From positions 130,510,001-130,574,000 of the forward strand of contig OX597817.1 of NCBI GenBank assembly GCA_951406725.2: DNA of 64,000 bases, given 5' to 3'. Below, in pieces: positions 14,980 through 27,242 of the stretch (position 1 is its first letter; each line of letters opens with the position of its first letter). The DNA is from Octopus vulgaris. Lineage: Eukaryota. The notes beneath the pieces are model-generated. The model saw nothing but the letters and a program-made list of their open reading frames with translations, did not search any database and was not told where the DNA came from. A program made the position numbers and the translations under genes.

Positions 14980-15467
14980 TGAGGCAAGTGAAATCGAAAT
15001 CAAATTCGATGACTGGCATCTGTGCTAGTGGAGCACTAAGAGAACCATATGAATGAAATCAGGGCCAGAGCAACAAGCTGGCCTCCGAGCCAATGGCACA
15101 TTAAAAACACCATTGGAGCGTGATCATTACCTGCGTCGCCTTACTAACACTTGTGCTGGTGGCATGTGAAAAAACATTCGAGCCAGATCGTTGCCAGTGC
15201 CACTGGACTGGCTACTGTGCAGGTGGCACATAAAAAGCACTATTTGAGCATGGCTGTTACCAGTACCGCCTGACTGGCCCTTGTGCCAGTGACACGTAAA
15301 AGCACCCACTACACTCTCAGAGTGGTTGGCATTAGGAAGGGTATCAAGCTGTAGAAATTCTGCCAGATCAGATTGGAGTCTGGTGCAGCCATCTGGTTCG
15401 CCAGACCTCAGTCGAATCATCCAACCCATGCTAGCATGGAAAGCGAATGTTAAATGACGATGATGAT
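14980..15467 (+). mobile_element. Repeat family C (probable RTE 3'UTR) with internal GTGGCACRTAAAAAGCAC modules and (GAT)n tail
   Basis: High similarity to 41041-41315; further copies near 40425-40565(+), 44018-44360(-), 55239-55552(-), 55728-56085(-). Confidence 0.85.
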
Positions 15468-17378
15468 CTGGTGACCTATGAGAAAGACTTGAATAGATTT
15501 AAATGTTTTTTGTGGACAAAACTAATCATAGATTAACTGAAATCTGACTGCATGTCTCTTTCAAAATGCTCTTGTTTTTGATTCTTCTGTGTTGTGAAAG
15601 TAATTTGTGTTTACATATAAAATACATCCGTATTCAATGATTGCAGACAGTGGCAGAATTAGTAGGATACATGGATACTGAATTGCATGATTTAGTGTTT
15701 TATCTTGCTGTAGTAGTAGTAGTAGCAGTAGCAGCAGCAGCAGCAGCAGCAGCAATGGTGGTAGTAGTAGTCCAGCTGCAGGTCCAGGTCAGCTCTGCTT
15801 GAGTAGACTTAGGATTGCAGAAGTTGTTGCTGTTGTTAAATCCCCAGGTTAGCATCAATCGAGCTGATTTAGATTGTGATTAGAAAACTTCCAGCCATGA
15901 CCATCCCATCGTTTTAGAGATGTTTCAAAGACTCCATTGTTGTATGTGTCCTTTCTTTTCCAGGATTAAAGAAGGTAATGTTCAAATAGATAAGGTTATG
16001 GGTATCAGACTGATAATTTGTGAATTTCTTTTACCAAATCTTTGTAGCTTGGATTTGGACTTTGTAATCTGAAGCATTAAGGGTTGTCATCAGCAATTGT
16101 TAGAGCTGTTGCAAGGTTTTATATTTAAACAGTACAATCGACAAAAAGCGTCAAACTCTGTATTTCCAAAATAGAAGAGTGCAGAACAGAGAGGGGGTGG
16201 TTAGTGAAAAAGATGCTTTCAGAGCATAGCAAACTTCCCTCTGGAACTTATATTTTCTCTATTGGAATAAAACAGGGACTACTGAAAACAGAAAAAGTGA
16301 TGTGGTCACAAAAACATTGGAAACTGCTGCACTAAGGGAAAGAGAACTTTGTTAGATGGACTTATTCTCACTAGTTTAAATACAGTATGTTAGAAATGCA
16401 CCAAAAGTGAAAGCTACACCTTCACTTCCTCACCTCCCCTACCAGTGAGAGAGTGAATGAGTGTATGTTGTGATATTTCAGCTACATTCTAAATCAAAAT
16501 AATCTGTGTTTATGTTGATGAAAACTTATAAATCTACCCTCTTGTGCATGAATTACACATCAGTGGACTTCTCTGACAGTCATTGTGACAACTGGTTTTG
16601 TAAACAATGTGAAAAATGCCTGAGACACGATCTGATTATCTCTGTAGCATCATTACTGCACCCCCCCCCATCATACCTCAATTTATCAAAAATAAAAATC
16701 AATTAAACAATCGTCAGTGGAAGGTCAACAATTAATTCAGGTTATTTGATGTATTGCCAAATGTAGAAATTTGGTTCACTACTAACCTCCTTTTTACTTC
16801 TTCTTTCAACACTTAATCTTAAGCTTACTCTGATCAAACAGACTCCTAATTGAAACCATTTCAATTCTGATCATCCTGTTTTTCTTTTCTTCTTCTTGTT
16901 TTCAGGTTTAGTGTATCCCTGATTGTTACATCCAATGTACTCACCTTTCTTCTTTAAAAGACAGAAGTGTAAGAGATTTGGCTATTTCTAGCATATCCAT
17001 GTCTATATTGAGGCTTCTCTGTTGACTTCTTTGACCATAGTGTATTGACACACAATAGCTAACCTTTTCAAATGCACACCCAAACCCTGGTTTAAGGTTT
17101 GCAAATTTTTTATTATTTTTATTTTTTGAGGGGAAAATGGAATTTGTCCATACTTGCTTTACACTCCCAGAAATTAGATCTAGCACTAATATTTCCTATT
17201 GTTCTTGCTTGTATTTGGTTGTCTCACTCAAAAATTGACAGAGCTGTTGACCCACCGTTGTTACCTACTTGATGATAATGATGAACAACAACCACTAGTT
17301 AGACATTGTCCTATGGTTTCAAGCCAATGTACAAAGTGGAAGTATTCTCCTGAAACTTAATTCTGCTGTCACTTCACT

Positions 17379-17605
17379 TTAAACCTTTTGTTGCTCTATT
17401 TCTGTTGAAATACACTTCCTTTCTTTGAATTTTCGAAAATAATGAATTTAGTAAGATAACTTTGTTATTATTAAGCTGATATTTTGAAATCAAAATTAAC
17501 ATGGAATTTTTAAATGGGAAATTTTTTATTTAGATCACTTTAAACTAGAAATTTATATCGTAGAACCAGGGGCAGTCTTAGGTGATTTCATACCAAAAGG
17601 GTTAA
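17379..17605. mobile_element. TTAA-flanked MITE, family G relative
   Basis: TTAA-ACCTTTTG ... CAAAAGGG-TTAA with internal similarity to 1420-1649. Confidence 0.8.
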
Positions 17606-19377
17606 TCATAGTATATTTATAAACAAGGAATATAAATGGAGTTATGGAATATTGGTTTCAAATTTTGGAATAAGGCCAGCAATTTTGTGGGAGAGGGTAA
17701 ATTGATGTAATACATTGACCCCAGTGGTCAACTGGTACTTTTTCTATCAACCTAAAAGAAAGAAAGACAAAGTCAACCTCGGCAGAATTTGAACTCAGAA
17801 CATAAAGTCAGATGAAACACTGTTAAGCATTTTATTTGGCATGCTAACAATTCTGCCAGATAGCTACCTTGCAGTTATGAAATATTACCATCATTTTCTG
17901 TACAGTAGAGACAGGTTCAATCTCAGTTGATGGTTAGGTTTTATGTTTACCATCCACACACTCTTCAGCAAGAAACTTTATTCAATTTTTTCCTGTGTTC
18001 AAATCATGGTAGGGTTGATTTTTTTTTTTTTTTTTTTTTTTTGCCTTTTCATTTTTCTTCAAGGATCAATAAAAATAAGTCATCAGTTAACTCTTAGGGT
18101 CAATATTATCAACCATATAGAAACAATGGTGCTTTGAAGTGGAAATATAGACATTGTTGTGGTCATAGAAAAATTGGAAATCATTGCAATAAGGGAATAA
18201 ATAAGAACTTTGTTAGGTAGACTTGCTCTCACTAGTTCTATCACAGTATATTTACTGTATTTGAACTGGTGCAGTCCTTGACAAACTACAGTCCACAAGA
18301 CATGCAAAGGAAAAATTGCCTTGAAAATTTTTTTTGTGGTGTAGTCTGCCTGATGATGAGCCATGTCTCATGTGGTCTGCTTCTTGGAAAAGGCTGTCCA
18401 TGCCTGAACTGTTAGGTTCTCTATAATGTATTTTGTGTTATAAATCATTACAGAATTTGTAGAGCAATAAACAAAATGTCCAGTGATGTTTAGTTGCAGC
18501 ACTTTTGTTTTAATGTTGGCTGTTACCTTTCATTCTTCAAACACCCACTTCTCTCAAACTTGTGCTTTTGTCGAAAATTATTCTACAAAATCATTAGTGT
18601 TAGAAAAAAAAAAAAATACCTTACATCCATTACATTCCAAGTTCAAATCCCACTGAAGTTAAATGTTGCCTTTCAGTCTCCCTTGGTCAATAAAATAACG
18701 TACCAGTCAAGTAGAAACAATTATTGTTATTACTATTTTGTGTCTGACATGGGGGCATTTGATGTGTATTAGAAAGACTGAATATTTGTTTTGATATGAA
18801 TTCACAATTGTTATGACACATCTTTGTCTTGGTACTAAGTCAGTGACGGATCAGTTATAACACATCTCTGCCTTTGTACTAAGTTTCTAGCAGGTCTGTT
18901 GCTATGACATACCTTTGTCTTGATCACTCACAGATCTATTAAAGAGAGCAATATGTTCTTCAGCTGCATTTTAGCCTCTACCACTATACTTTTCTCTATA
19001 CCTATCTCTTTTCTTCCACCACTTTCTTTCTCTATCTCCTCCCTTTGCTCTCCTACCCTACCTATCTCCTGTCTCTTTTTTACATTTTAAATGTCTAGTT
19101 GATTAGCCAAGTGACTGACGAGACACTCCTTTTTCTCTTTAAATCTAAAAACAATCTTAAGAATTTGGTAATTTCGTCCAGTGAGAAATGATAGGGTATT
19201 GGATAATTTCAGGTTAACCTTTGTACCACAATGTGTATGTGTGAGCACGCGTGTGCACATGACCTCATGCATACTAATTCCCAATCTAATCATTACTTTA
19301 CATTCCATATACCTCTTCAAGCATATGTACTTAGTATGTAAGCTATTAGTGATACATCATAGAGCAGAAATCTTGTA

Positions 19378-19414
<37 letters not shown>

Positions 19415-19691
19415 CCCTCTCTTTTTACGTCTGTATATGTGTAACTGGTTGTGCCTGCTTGTCTATGAAACCATGCTTAAACACACACACACGTAACACC
19501 TTAGTCTATTGAATTTTTAATGTATGCATGTCCAGATGTGCAAGCCTGTATGTTTTTAGGTATGTTATCATTTACCATCCATCTTCTACACTGGCATGTG
19601 TTGGACTTTGGTGCCCACATGTACGTGTATACAGAGAGAGTGAGAGAGAGAGACAAAAGCTTCTATATGTGGATGTATATAAGTTAATGTA

Positions 19692-19735
<44 letters not shown>

Positions 19736-20096
19736 TTTAGTGTACACAGTATGTATGTTACTAGTAGTTTCATACATTGAAGATAACATCTAAACAGGTT
19801 TTAAACACACAGTCTGCAAGTAATCTTTAGGCTTTGATACATAACATATCTATATCTATACATATATATGTATACACACACACACACACACATGTATATT
19901 AAGTCCTGATGAGGTAGAAAATCAGAGTATTTCCAGTGCAGTACTCAACATGTATTCATGACTATCTACACTCTAGAATTCGTCTCAAGGAAAATTGAAA
20001 TTTTGCAGCTGTAAAAAAAAATATCCATATATATCACTGGTAAATTTAATGTCTGGGTTTTATGAAGAGTAAAATATAATCTAAATAAGAAGACAA

Positions 20097-20390
20097 AGAA
20101 ATGGTTTAACACATTTTTATTGCTAGTTCCATTTGTTTCAGTACCACTCCATTTTTAATACCTTTGCACATGTGAAAAGTTATGTAATATTTGAGATGTT
20201 TTAAGTTGAAGCAGCACTTCACACTCACTTTAAAAGATGTATTCTTATCTGATGAAGTGCCACTCTAATGTTAAAAAAAAATGCATATTACTTAACTTTT
20301 CACATGATATTATCTATGTGCAACAGTATTAAAAACTGAGTGGTTCTCGAAACAATTATTACCAGTAATAAAGATATGCTAAACTCTTTT
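20097..20390. repeat. Long imperfect inverted repeat (~125-140-bp arms) carrying hammerhead-core-like motifs
   Basis: 20097-20221 is the reverse complement of 20253-20390; CTGATGA at 20249-20255, GAAAC at 20349-20353, GTTTC at 20135-20139. Confidence 0.8.
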
Positions 20391-20844
20391 TGGATAATTC
20401 ATCCATATAATCTTACATTTAGATATATCAGGAACTTTTTACAATATATCATTTACCCTTTGAGCCTGTTAAAAACCTAGATGGACTTGTCTACCAGCCA
20501 TTATGTTTCCTAAGTAAAAAGCCTATTAATATGCCATGACCTCTTAACCAGTTGACCAACAGCTTGTAGTCTTGGTCATTATCACCAGCTGGTGATGAAG
20601 GTATTCCTGCCATGACTATCACTTCTTTCTTTTACACCTAGTTTACCTAGGATGTGACCATACCTTTTTCAGACAGAAATTTTGGCTGCTATTTCAAACA
20701 AAAACAGACCAAATAATGACATACAGGTTTTTTTTTCATTGATTTCTGTCTTATTTTTATGGTAATCACTGATGGAGTGGTATTAATGCCTCAGTAAACC
20801 AAATTTGTTATGTAGGTTTAATTTGTGGTTGAACTAGATTTCAA

Positions 20845-21178
20845 ATAGCTGTGTAGTTAAGAAGTTTGCTTCCAAACCACCAGTTTTAGGTTCAGTCCCA
20901 CTGTGCAGCACCTTGGGGAAATATCTTCTATTATAGCCCCAAATTAATCAAAGACTTTAAAGTGAATTTGGTTGATAGAAACTGAGAGAAGTCCTCTGTC
21001 TGTGCACATGCATGTCTCTCTCTCTCTCTCTCTCTCCTTGGCATTGCACAATAGTTTTAAATGAGCATCATTGTCGTAAGTGGTACCATTCATTTCTAAC
21101 CTTTCATGAAAATATGTCCATCCATGGAGCAATATTACTTCATCTGGAAACAGGTGAGGGTTGCAAACAAGAAGGGCG
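20845..21178 (+). mobile_element. SINE with family A head and alternative (family C-like) tail
   Basis: A head plus microsatellite, then ...GGAAACAGGTGAGGGTTGCAAACAAGAAGGGC. Related copies at 2855-3170(-), 23250-23595(+), 28200-28600(-), 38185-38420(-). Confidence 0.75.
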
Positions 21179-21607
21179 ATGGTGATCTTTGTTTTTGTTT
21201 TCTTCTTGGTGGCAGTGAGATTGGGAGGTGTTGGGCAGAAATGGGGTGGGGGACACATTCCATACACTCTAGTATGGAGGCCACCAATACCATCAATTCA
21301 AACAAACTTCCTAGTGACATGGCTTTAAATATATTTTCATAAAGGGCGGAAAAAATACATTTGAAACTAATTTGGGTCAAGGGTTAATATTGAAAAGGAT
21401 GTTTTTCTTATTTCATTTTCATTTTTCTTTATTATTATTATTATTCAGCTTGTGTTTTATTTTTATGCTTTTAGCATCTTTTGACATTTTAGTTGTATTG
21501 GCACCAGCACCATCCTGGTTAAAGAACTGGCTTCTACTCTGTCTTTATTTTGCAAACTTCCATTCCTCCCTACTTTCTCCACTCTCCCCTCTCCCTCTCC
21601 CTGCGCG

Positions 21608-21671
<64 letters not shown>

Positions 21672-22451
21672 TTCCTTTTTCATCATGTCTTGAAATCTTT
21701 CTCCTCTTTACCTCAACCACCAAACACTCTTAATCTATTCCCCATGTCTCTTCCTTCATCAGCAGCCCACCACCACCACCACACACACTCACTCCTGGAT
21801 ACCTGTCCACTATGGTCTTTCCCTCTGTTTATCACCCACTGCCTATTCATCCTTTCCCTTCTCTATTTCCTTCTTCCCACTTCTGCCCCCCCCCCCCCGT
21901 TTTCACTCCATCTCTCATTACTACTGCCACCACCATCGCCATCATTCCAATGGGTCCCTCCCCCACCGACAGATTTAAATGTCCCTAAGTCTTGAGTGAG
22001 TTGAACTTCTCTCTTGGGTTAGAGGTCAGTATGGTTGGTGCTATATGTACATGTAGGTGGATGATTTGGTTGAATACTTGTTGAATTAATTACAGTGGAT
22101 GAGGGAGAGAGTTTGCAGCACATTTCATGATTCTCGCCCCCTCCAACATGATGTCATAGCTACAAAACCGCACACACACACACACACTCAGTATCTGCTA
22201 CCCATCCCCTATACATGCAAACATATTTAGATACAAGCATGTGTATTCACATCCAAATGCATTCACATATTTGCAGGTATGTAGACATGCACACACTCTC
22301 CAAGTTCTCTCTCTCTCTCTCTGTTTCTCCTCCCTTCAAGATGTTTGAAGAGTGAAATTATTCCTTGTCCCAAATGATACTTGCTGCTCTCATGCCTTAT
22401 ATAAGAATTTATTCTTGTACCGAGTTTCTTTCCCCAACCATCAAACAACAT

Positions 22452-22681
22452 TTAGCCCTTCAGCATTCACATTACTCTGTCAAATGTTATAATTATTTAT
22501 TCATGTTGTTTTAAATTAATCATGATTTATCTAACAGTTTTGAGATTTCGATGATGTGACTGTTTATTTTAAGAATGACATTGTAAGTCAGGTGCGAGAA
22601 GTCAGATCTGGCCAGTCTGAACATATAAAACAGGTAGAATATTTTGGCCAAATATGGTTGGTTTAAATGTTGAAGGATTAA
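22452..22681. mobile_element. TTAA-flanked MITE, family F
   Basis: CCCTT(T/C)AGCATTCA... terminus and AGATCTGGCCAGT core; copies at 47528-47742, 52383-52606 and 53962-54185. Confidence 0.85.
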
Positions 22682-24159
22682 AGAAGCAAAAAAAAAAAAC
22701 AACTTTGTGAGTAAAGAATCTGACCTCAGCCAACCCTTTCGTCCTTGTCTGTCAGACTATACAGTTCAATATTTTACTATGCAATGTTACACTGTACAGC
22801 AACACGGCATACCATGCCATACTGATCTATTGTTATTGTAAATAGATGGTGAGATATATTTTTATTGTCATGATGGTTGTGTAGGCTGTTGTGTGGTTCA
22901 GCTCCAATCAAAGGTATTACAGCCATAATCTTAGTGTTTTTCTCCTCTACACCAAACATACTGTATTGTATCATCCACTTGTTTAACCCTTCTATTACCA
23001 TATTTTCTGTTTTAATTAATTATGAAAATATTGAAGACATTAGCAAAGTAACTTTGATGTTATTATGCTGGTGTTAGAAACTTAACATTAAATTTTAATA
23101 GTTTTTAATTTTATGTCACTTAAACAGGAAGGTAGCACTAGAGACAGTCTCAGGCAGATTGGTATAAAAACGGTCAAGGTGGTACTCATGGTAATGTGTG
23201 AACTTGAGGGAGATTTGGGTGCCATTTTTAGCAGATCAAATAGCTGCATAATAGTATCTGAAAGATATCTGTGTGTGTGTGTGTGTGTGTGTATGCATGC
23301 GCACATGTGTGTTCAAGACTTTCGTTTCTCTACTATGGCACCATAGGCAAGTGTTTTCTCCTAGGCTAAGTAAAGGTTGTGTGTGTTTTTGTATTTATGT
23401 CTCCTTGTCTTGGCATCACATAACAGCTGTAAATGTCACCGTCATACAGATGGTGTAATTTTTTTCTAATCTTCTGTGGAAACAAACGAAGGTTGGCAAA
23501 TATGAAGGGTATCAAGCCTCATTAAATTTGCCTTAATGAATCCCATCAGGCACATGGAAGCATGGAAAATAAACATTAAAATTATGATAATTGGTATGTT
23601 GTTGAATTGATTAGGTCAGTCACACTTTTCATAATTTCGTGTTTGTGCCAGGCTTTTACCTCAGATGGATGAAAGGCAAAATCAACTTTGGTAAGGTTTG
23701 AACTTGGCTGTATTTTGTTACATTCCTGTAATTATATGCCAAGATATTGCATCAGTTGCTCTACCAACTTTGTCATTCACCATTTATATCTCGGAGGACT
23801 TCCATGTGTTTTTGCAGGGGCTTTTTAAAATATGCATATTTTTTAAGAAACCTTTGCTACAGATGTGATCTGAAAAAACTAAAGGTGCTCATTATGTATT
23901 CATTATTACTAAAAAGGCTTTTTAAAATTATTTTTTTAAAAAACTTTTCGCCTTTTTGCATTAAAATAATAATTTGGAACACAAGGTGTGGAATAATTAA
24001 TTCCCTCTTACCGTCTTTGCTGTTTTTTTTTTTCCTGAAGTAAAAAGATGGGTGGGAAGAGAAGGTATCTACCATTAATTTTATTTTCCGTTTTAGTTAT
24101 CTTTTAGTTTTAAACTTAATTTCGAAAGTTTTTTTTTTCTACATCTCGTTGTTGTTATT

Positions 24160-25333
24160 ATTAGAATCATTAGAAAACCTGCTTTGTGTAATTTTTACAT
24201 TCTGAGTACATTGAGGTCAGCTTTGATTTTCATCTTTTCAAGGTAGATAATATCAAGAGCCAATGAATAACTGGGATCGTTTTCACTGACCAGCACCCTC
24301 CCCTCAAAATTGTTGACTTGTGCATAAATTAGATACTGTCATTATTATTATTATTATTATTATTATGCTAAGGCAATGAGCTGATAGAATTGTTTGCATA
24401 CTGAGCAATATGTTCAGCAGCATTTCATCTGTCTTTCCTTTCTGAATTTCAAATTCCACTGAGGTTGATTTTTTTGCCTTTCATCCTTTTGATGTTGATA
24501 AAATAAGCACCAGTTGAGCATAGGGGTCGAAGTAATCAACTTGTTCCCTCCCTTGAAATTACTGGCACTGTACCAAAATTTGAAACTGTTGTTACCATTA
24601 TTATTATTATTATTATTATTTTAGGGCATCGAACTGGCTGAATTGATAGCATGCCAGACAAAATGCTTCACGGCATTTTGTCTACTTTCCAAGTTCAAAT
24701 CCTGCCAAAGTCGATTTTGCTTTTCATCTTTTCAGGGTCAATAAAATAAGTACCAGTTGTACACTGCCCCTGCTCCAAAAATTTCTGGCCTTGTGCTTGT
24801 TGTAGAATGAATTATCACTAACATTATTAAAAGGCGACAATCTGGCAGAATCATTAGCATACTGGACAAAATGCTAATCGGCATTTCATCCACCTTTACA
24901 TTCTGAGATCAAATTCTGCCGAGGTTGACTTTGTCTTTCATCCTTTCGGGGTCAATGAAATGATCACTAGGATCAATGTAATCAACTAACCCCATCCCCT
25001 CAAAAGTTCAGGCCTTGTCCCTATTTACAGTTAAATACTGGGTTTGATGGTATTGACTAACATTGTCTCTCAAGATTGCTGGCATTGTGTTATCTTAGAC
25101 AATTATTATTATTATAACAATGGTGAGTTGGCAGAATCAATAGCAAGCTGGACGAAATGCTTAGCATTTCACCTGTCACTGCGTTATGAGTTCTAATTCA
25201 ACTGAGGTTGACTTTGCCTTTCATCCTTTTGGGGTTAATAAAGTACCAGTGAAACACTGGGGGTCAATGTAATCGACTAGTATCCACCACCAAATTTCAG
25301 GCCTTGTGTCTGTAATAGAAAAGATTATTATTA
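24160..25333 (+). mobile_element. Head-to-tail cluster of at least 5 diverged family B SINE copies
   Basis: Units start near 24160, 24369, 24623, 24832 and 25121, plus a 3' half at 25027-25120; mostly separated by (TTA)n tails. Confidence 0.9.
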
Positions 25334-25701
25334 ATTTATTTTTTTTATTTTTTATTTTCTGTCATAAGAAAGCTGAACTTATATTATTATTATTATTTGA
25401 TTATTTTCTTCAAGCAAAAAATACAATTTTCTTTATTTCTTTGCTTATTTATATATTTAAAAAAAAAAATAAACTTTTTCTGGCGGGGGTGTTATTTTCC
25501 CTTTCATTTTTTTTTATATTATTAATTTTTGTTTATTCATTTATTTGTTCCCCACCCACATTACATCCCGATCAAATCTTCACTTCACCTCCCCCACAAC
25601 CAAATATCTTATTTGCACTGATCACTTATACAGCAGGCTACCATGCTGAGATATGACAAACATTCTAAAGAGAATGTAGCTGAAACTATTTGATCTCGCC
25701 C

Positions 25702-25763
<62 letters not shown>

Positions 25764-26517
25764 ACTGCCATACTTAAACATTGCACTGCTGCATCTATCT
25801 TTCCTTCCCTCCCCCCCATCCCTTTCTCTTTCATTTTCCTGTCTGAGATGTGTAAAAATTGGAAGTCTATTGAAGTTGATAATTTTCCAATAAATTGCTA
25901 CACTTTCTGACAATATTAGGCACTGCCATCTATCTGAAGACATAAAAGACTTTTACCACCACCAGCAATAGTAGTTATAGTAGCAGTTTACTTGTAGAAT
26001 AATAAAAGTGGTGTTGGGGAGGGTGGTGGTTGTGGTGGTAGTAGTAGTAGTCGTAGCAGGCGCATAGTAATAGCAGAAAATTCCGCAACAATCCAAGTCT
26101 GTGAGCCAGTTTCAAGTGGAGCCAATGAACAAGCCACTACATGCTCACTCATTCTACTAGAAATAGCAGCCAGATTTCCTTTCCCTTGAAATCACACAGG
26201 AAGGATACATTGTAGTTTTAAGGTATTCAGTGGCTAAAAATAGGTAACATGATGGTCACATCTTGAATGTCCTTGAAAAGAAGTCTGCTTGATCAGGGAT
26301 GAATTTGAGGCAAGGACTTGCTTAGAAGTCTAAATAATGATGAGATGAAGCTCCATACCTATTTGCAAGATGTTTCTTGATATACTCGTTTATGCATCAT
26401 TAGGCATCCTCTGTATGGTTGTTAAACTTGCCAGAAATATCTAACCAAATTTCTCACAAATTGCACCATTGTTTTAAAAAGTAGGAAAGACACCTCAGAA
26501 AATGATGCACTACATGT

Positions 26518-26842
26518 CTGGCACCCTATCAGTTATGACAGCAAGGGTTCTCATTGATCCGATCAACAGAACAGTCTACTTATGAAATTAATATGCATGT
26601 GGCTGAGCACTCCACAGACACATGTACCCTTAACGCAGTTCTTAGAGAGATTCAGCATGAGACAGTGTGTGACAAGGCTGTCCCTTTGAAATACAGGTGC
26701 AACTCATTTTTCGCTGCTAAGTGGACTAGGGCAGCATGAAATAAAGTGTCTTGCTCAAGAACACAACTAGTCACTGGGAATTGAACTCCTGACCTTGTGA
26801 TCATCAGCTGAAAACCCTAACCACTAAGCTATATACCTTCAC
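26518..26842 (-). mobile_element. tRNA-derived SINE (family D) inserted into a family E repeat
   Basis: Minus-strand head TAGCTTAGTGGTTAGG...GAGTTCAATTCCC, core GTGTTCTTGAGCAAGACACTT; 13-bp TSD ATGCACTACATGT (26505-26517 / 26843-26855). Confidence 0.9.
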
Positions 26843-27015
26843 ATGCACTACATGTAATCTTAGAATAAAAGATGGAATGGTTTTGGCTTGAGCATTTTTG
26901 AAAACAAGTTTGTTTGATCAGAGTTAACCTGGAGCTAAACAACATCAATACTTGTACAAACCACTGCTACCACCACCAACACAACTTCCCAAAGTAATGA
27001 AGATTCCTCTAATTC

Positions 27016-27242
27016 ATATTTCTTTATTGCCCACAAGAGGCTAAACATAGAGCGGACGAGCAAGGACAAACAAAGGGATTAAGTCAATTAGATCGACTCC
27101 AGTGCGTAACTGGTACCTAATTTATCAACCCTGAAAGGATGAAAGGTAAATTCGACCTCAGCAGAATTTGAACTGAGGATTTAACGGCAGACAAAATACC
27201 GCTAAGCATATCGTCCGGTGTGCTAACGATTCTGCCAGCTCG
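27016..27242 (-). mobile_element. SINE family B copy
   Basis: Reverse complement of 29894-30125; 10-bp TSD CCTCTAATTC (27006-27015 / 27243-27252). Confidence 0.92.

Noticed and set aside
21372-21995. 207-aa ORF
   Set aside because: Composed of T-rich, (CA)n and pyrimidine-rich low-complexity sequence.
25560-25710. Possible short first exon or promoter beside a (GA)n tract on the minus strand
   Set aside because: No convincing splice donor or coding signal; it cannot be supported without transcript data.
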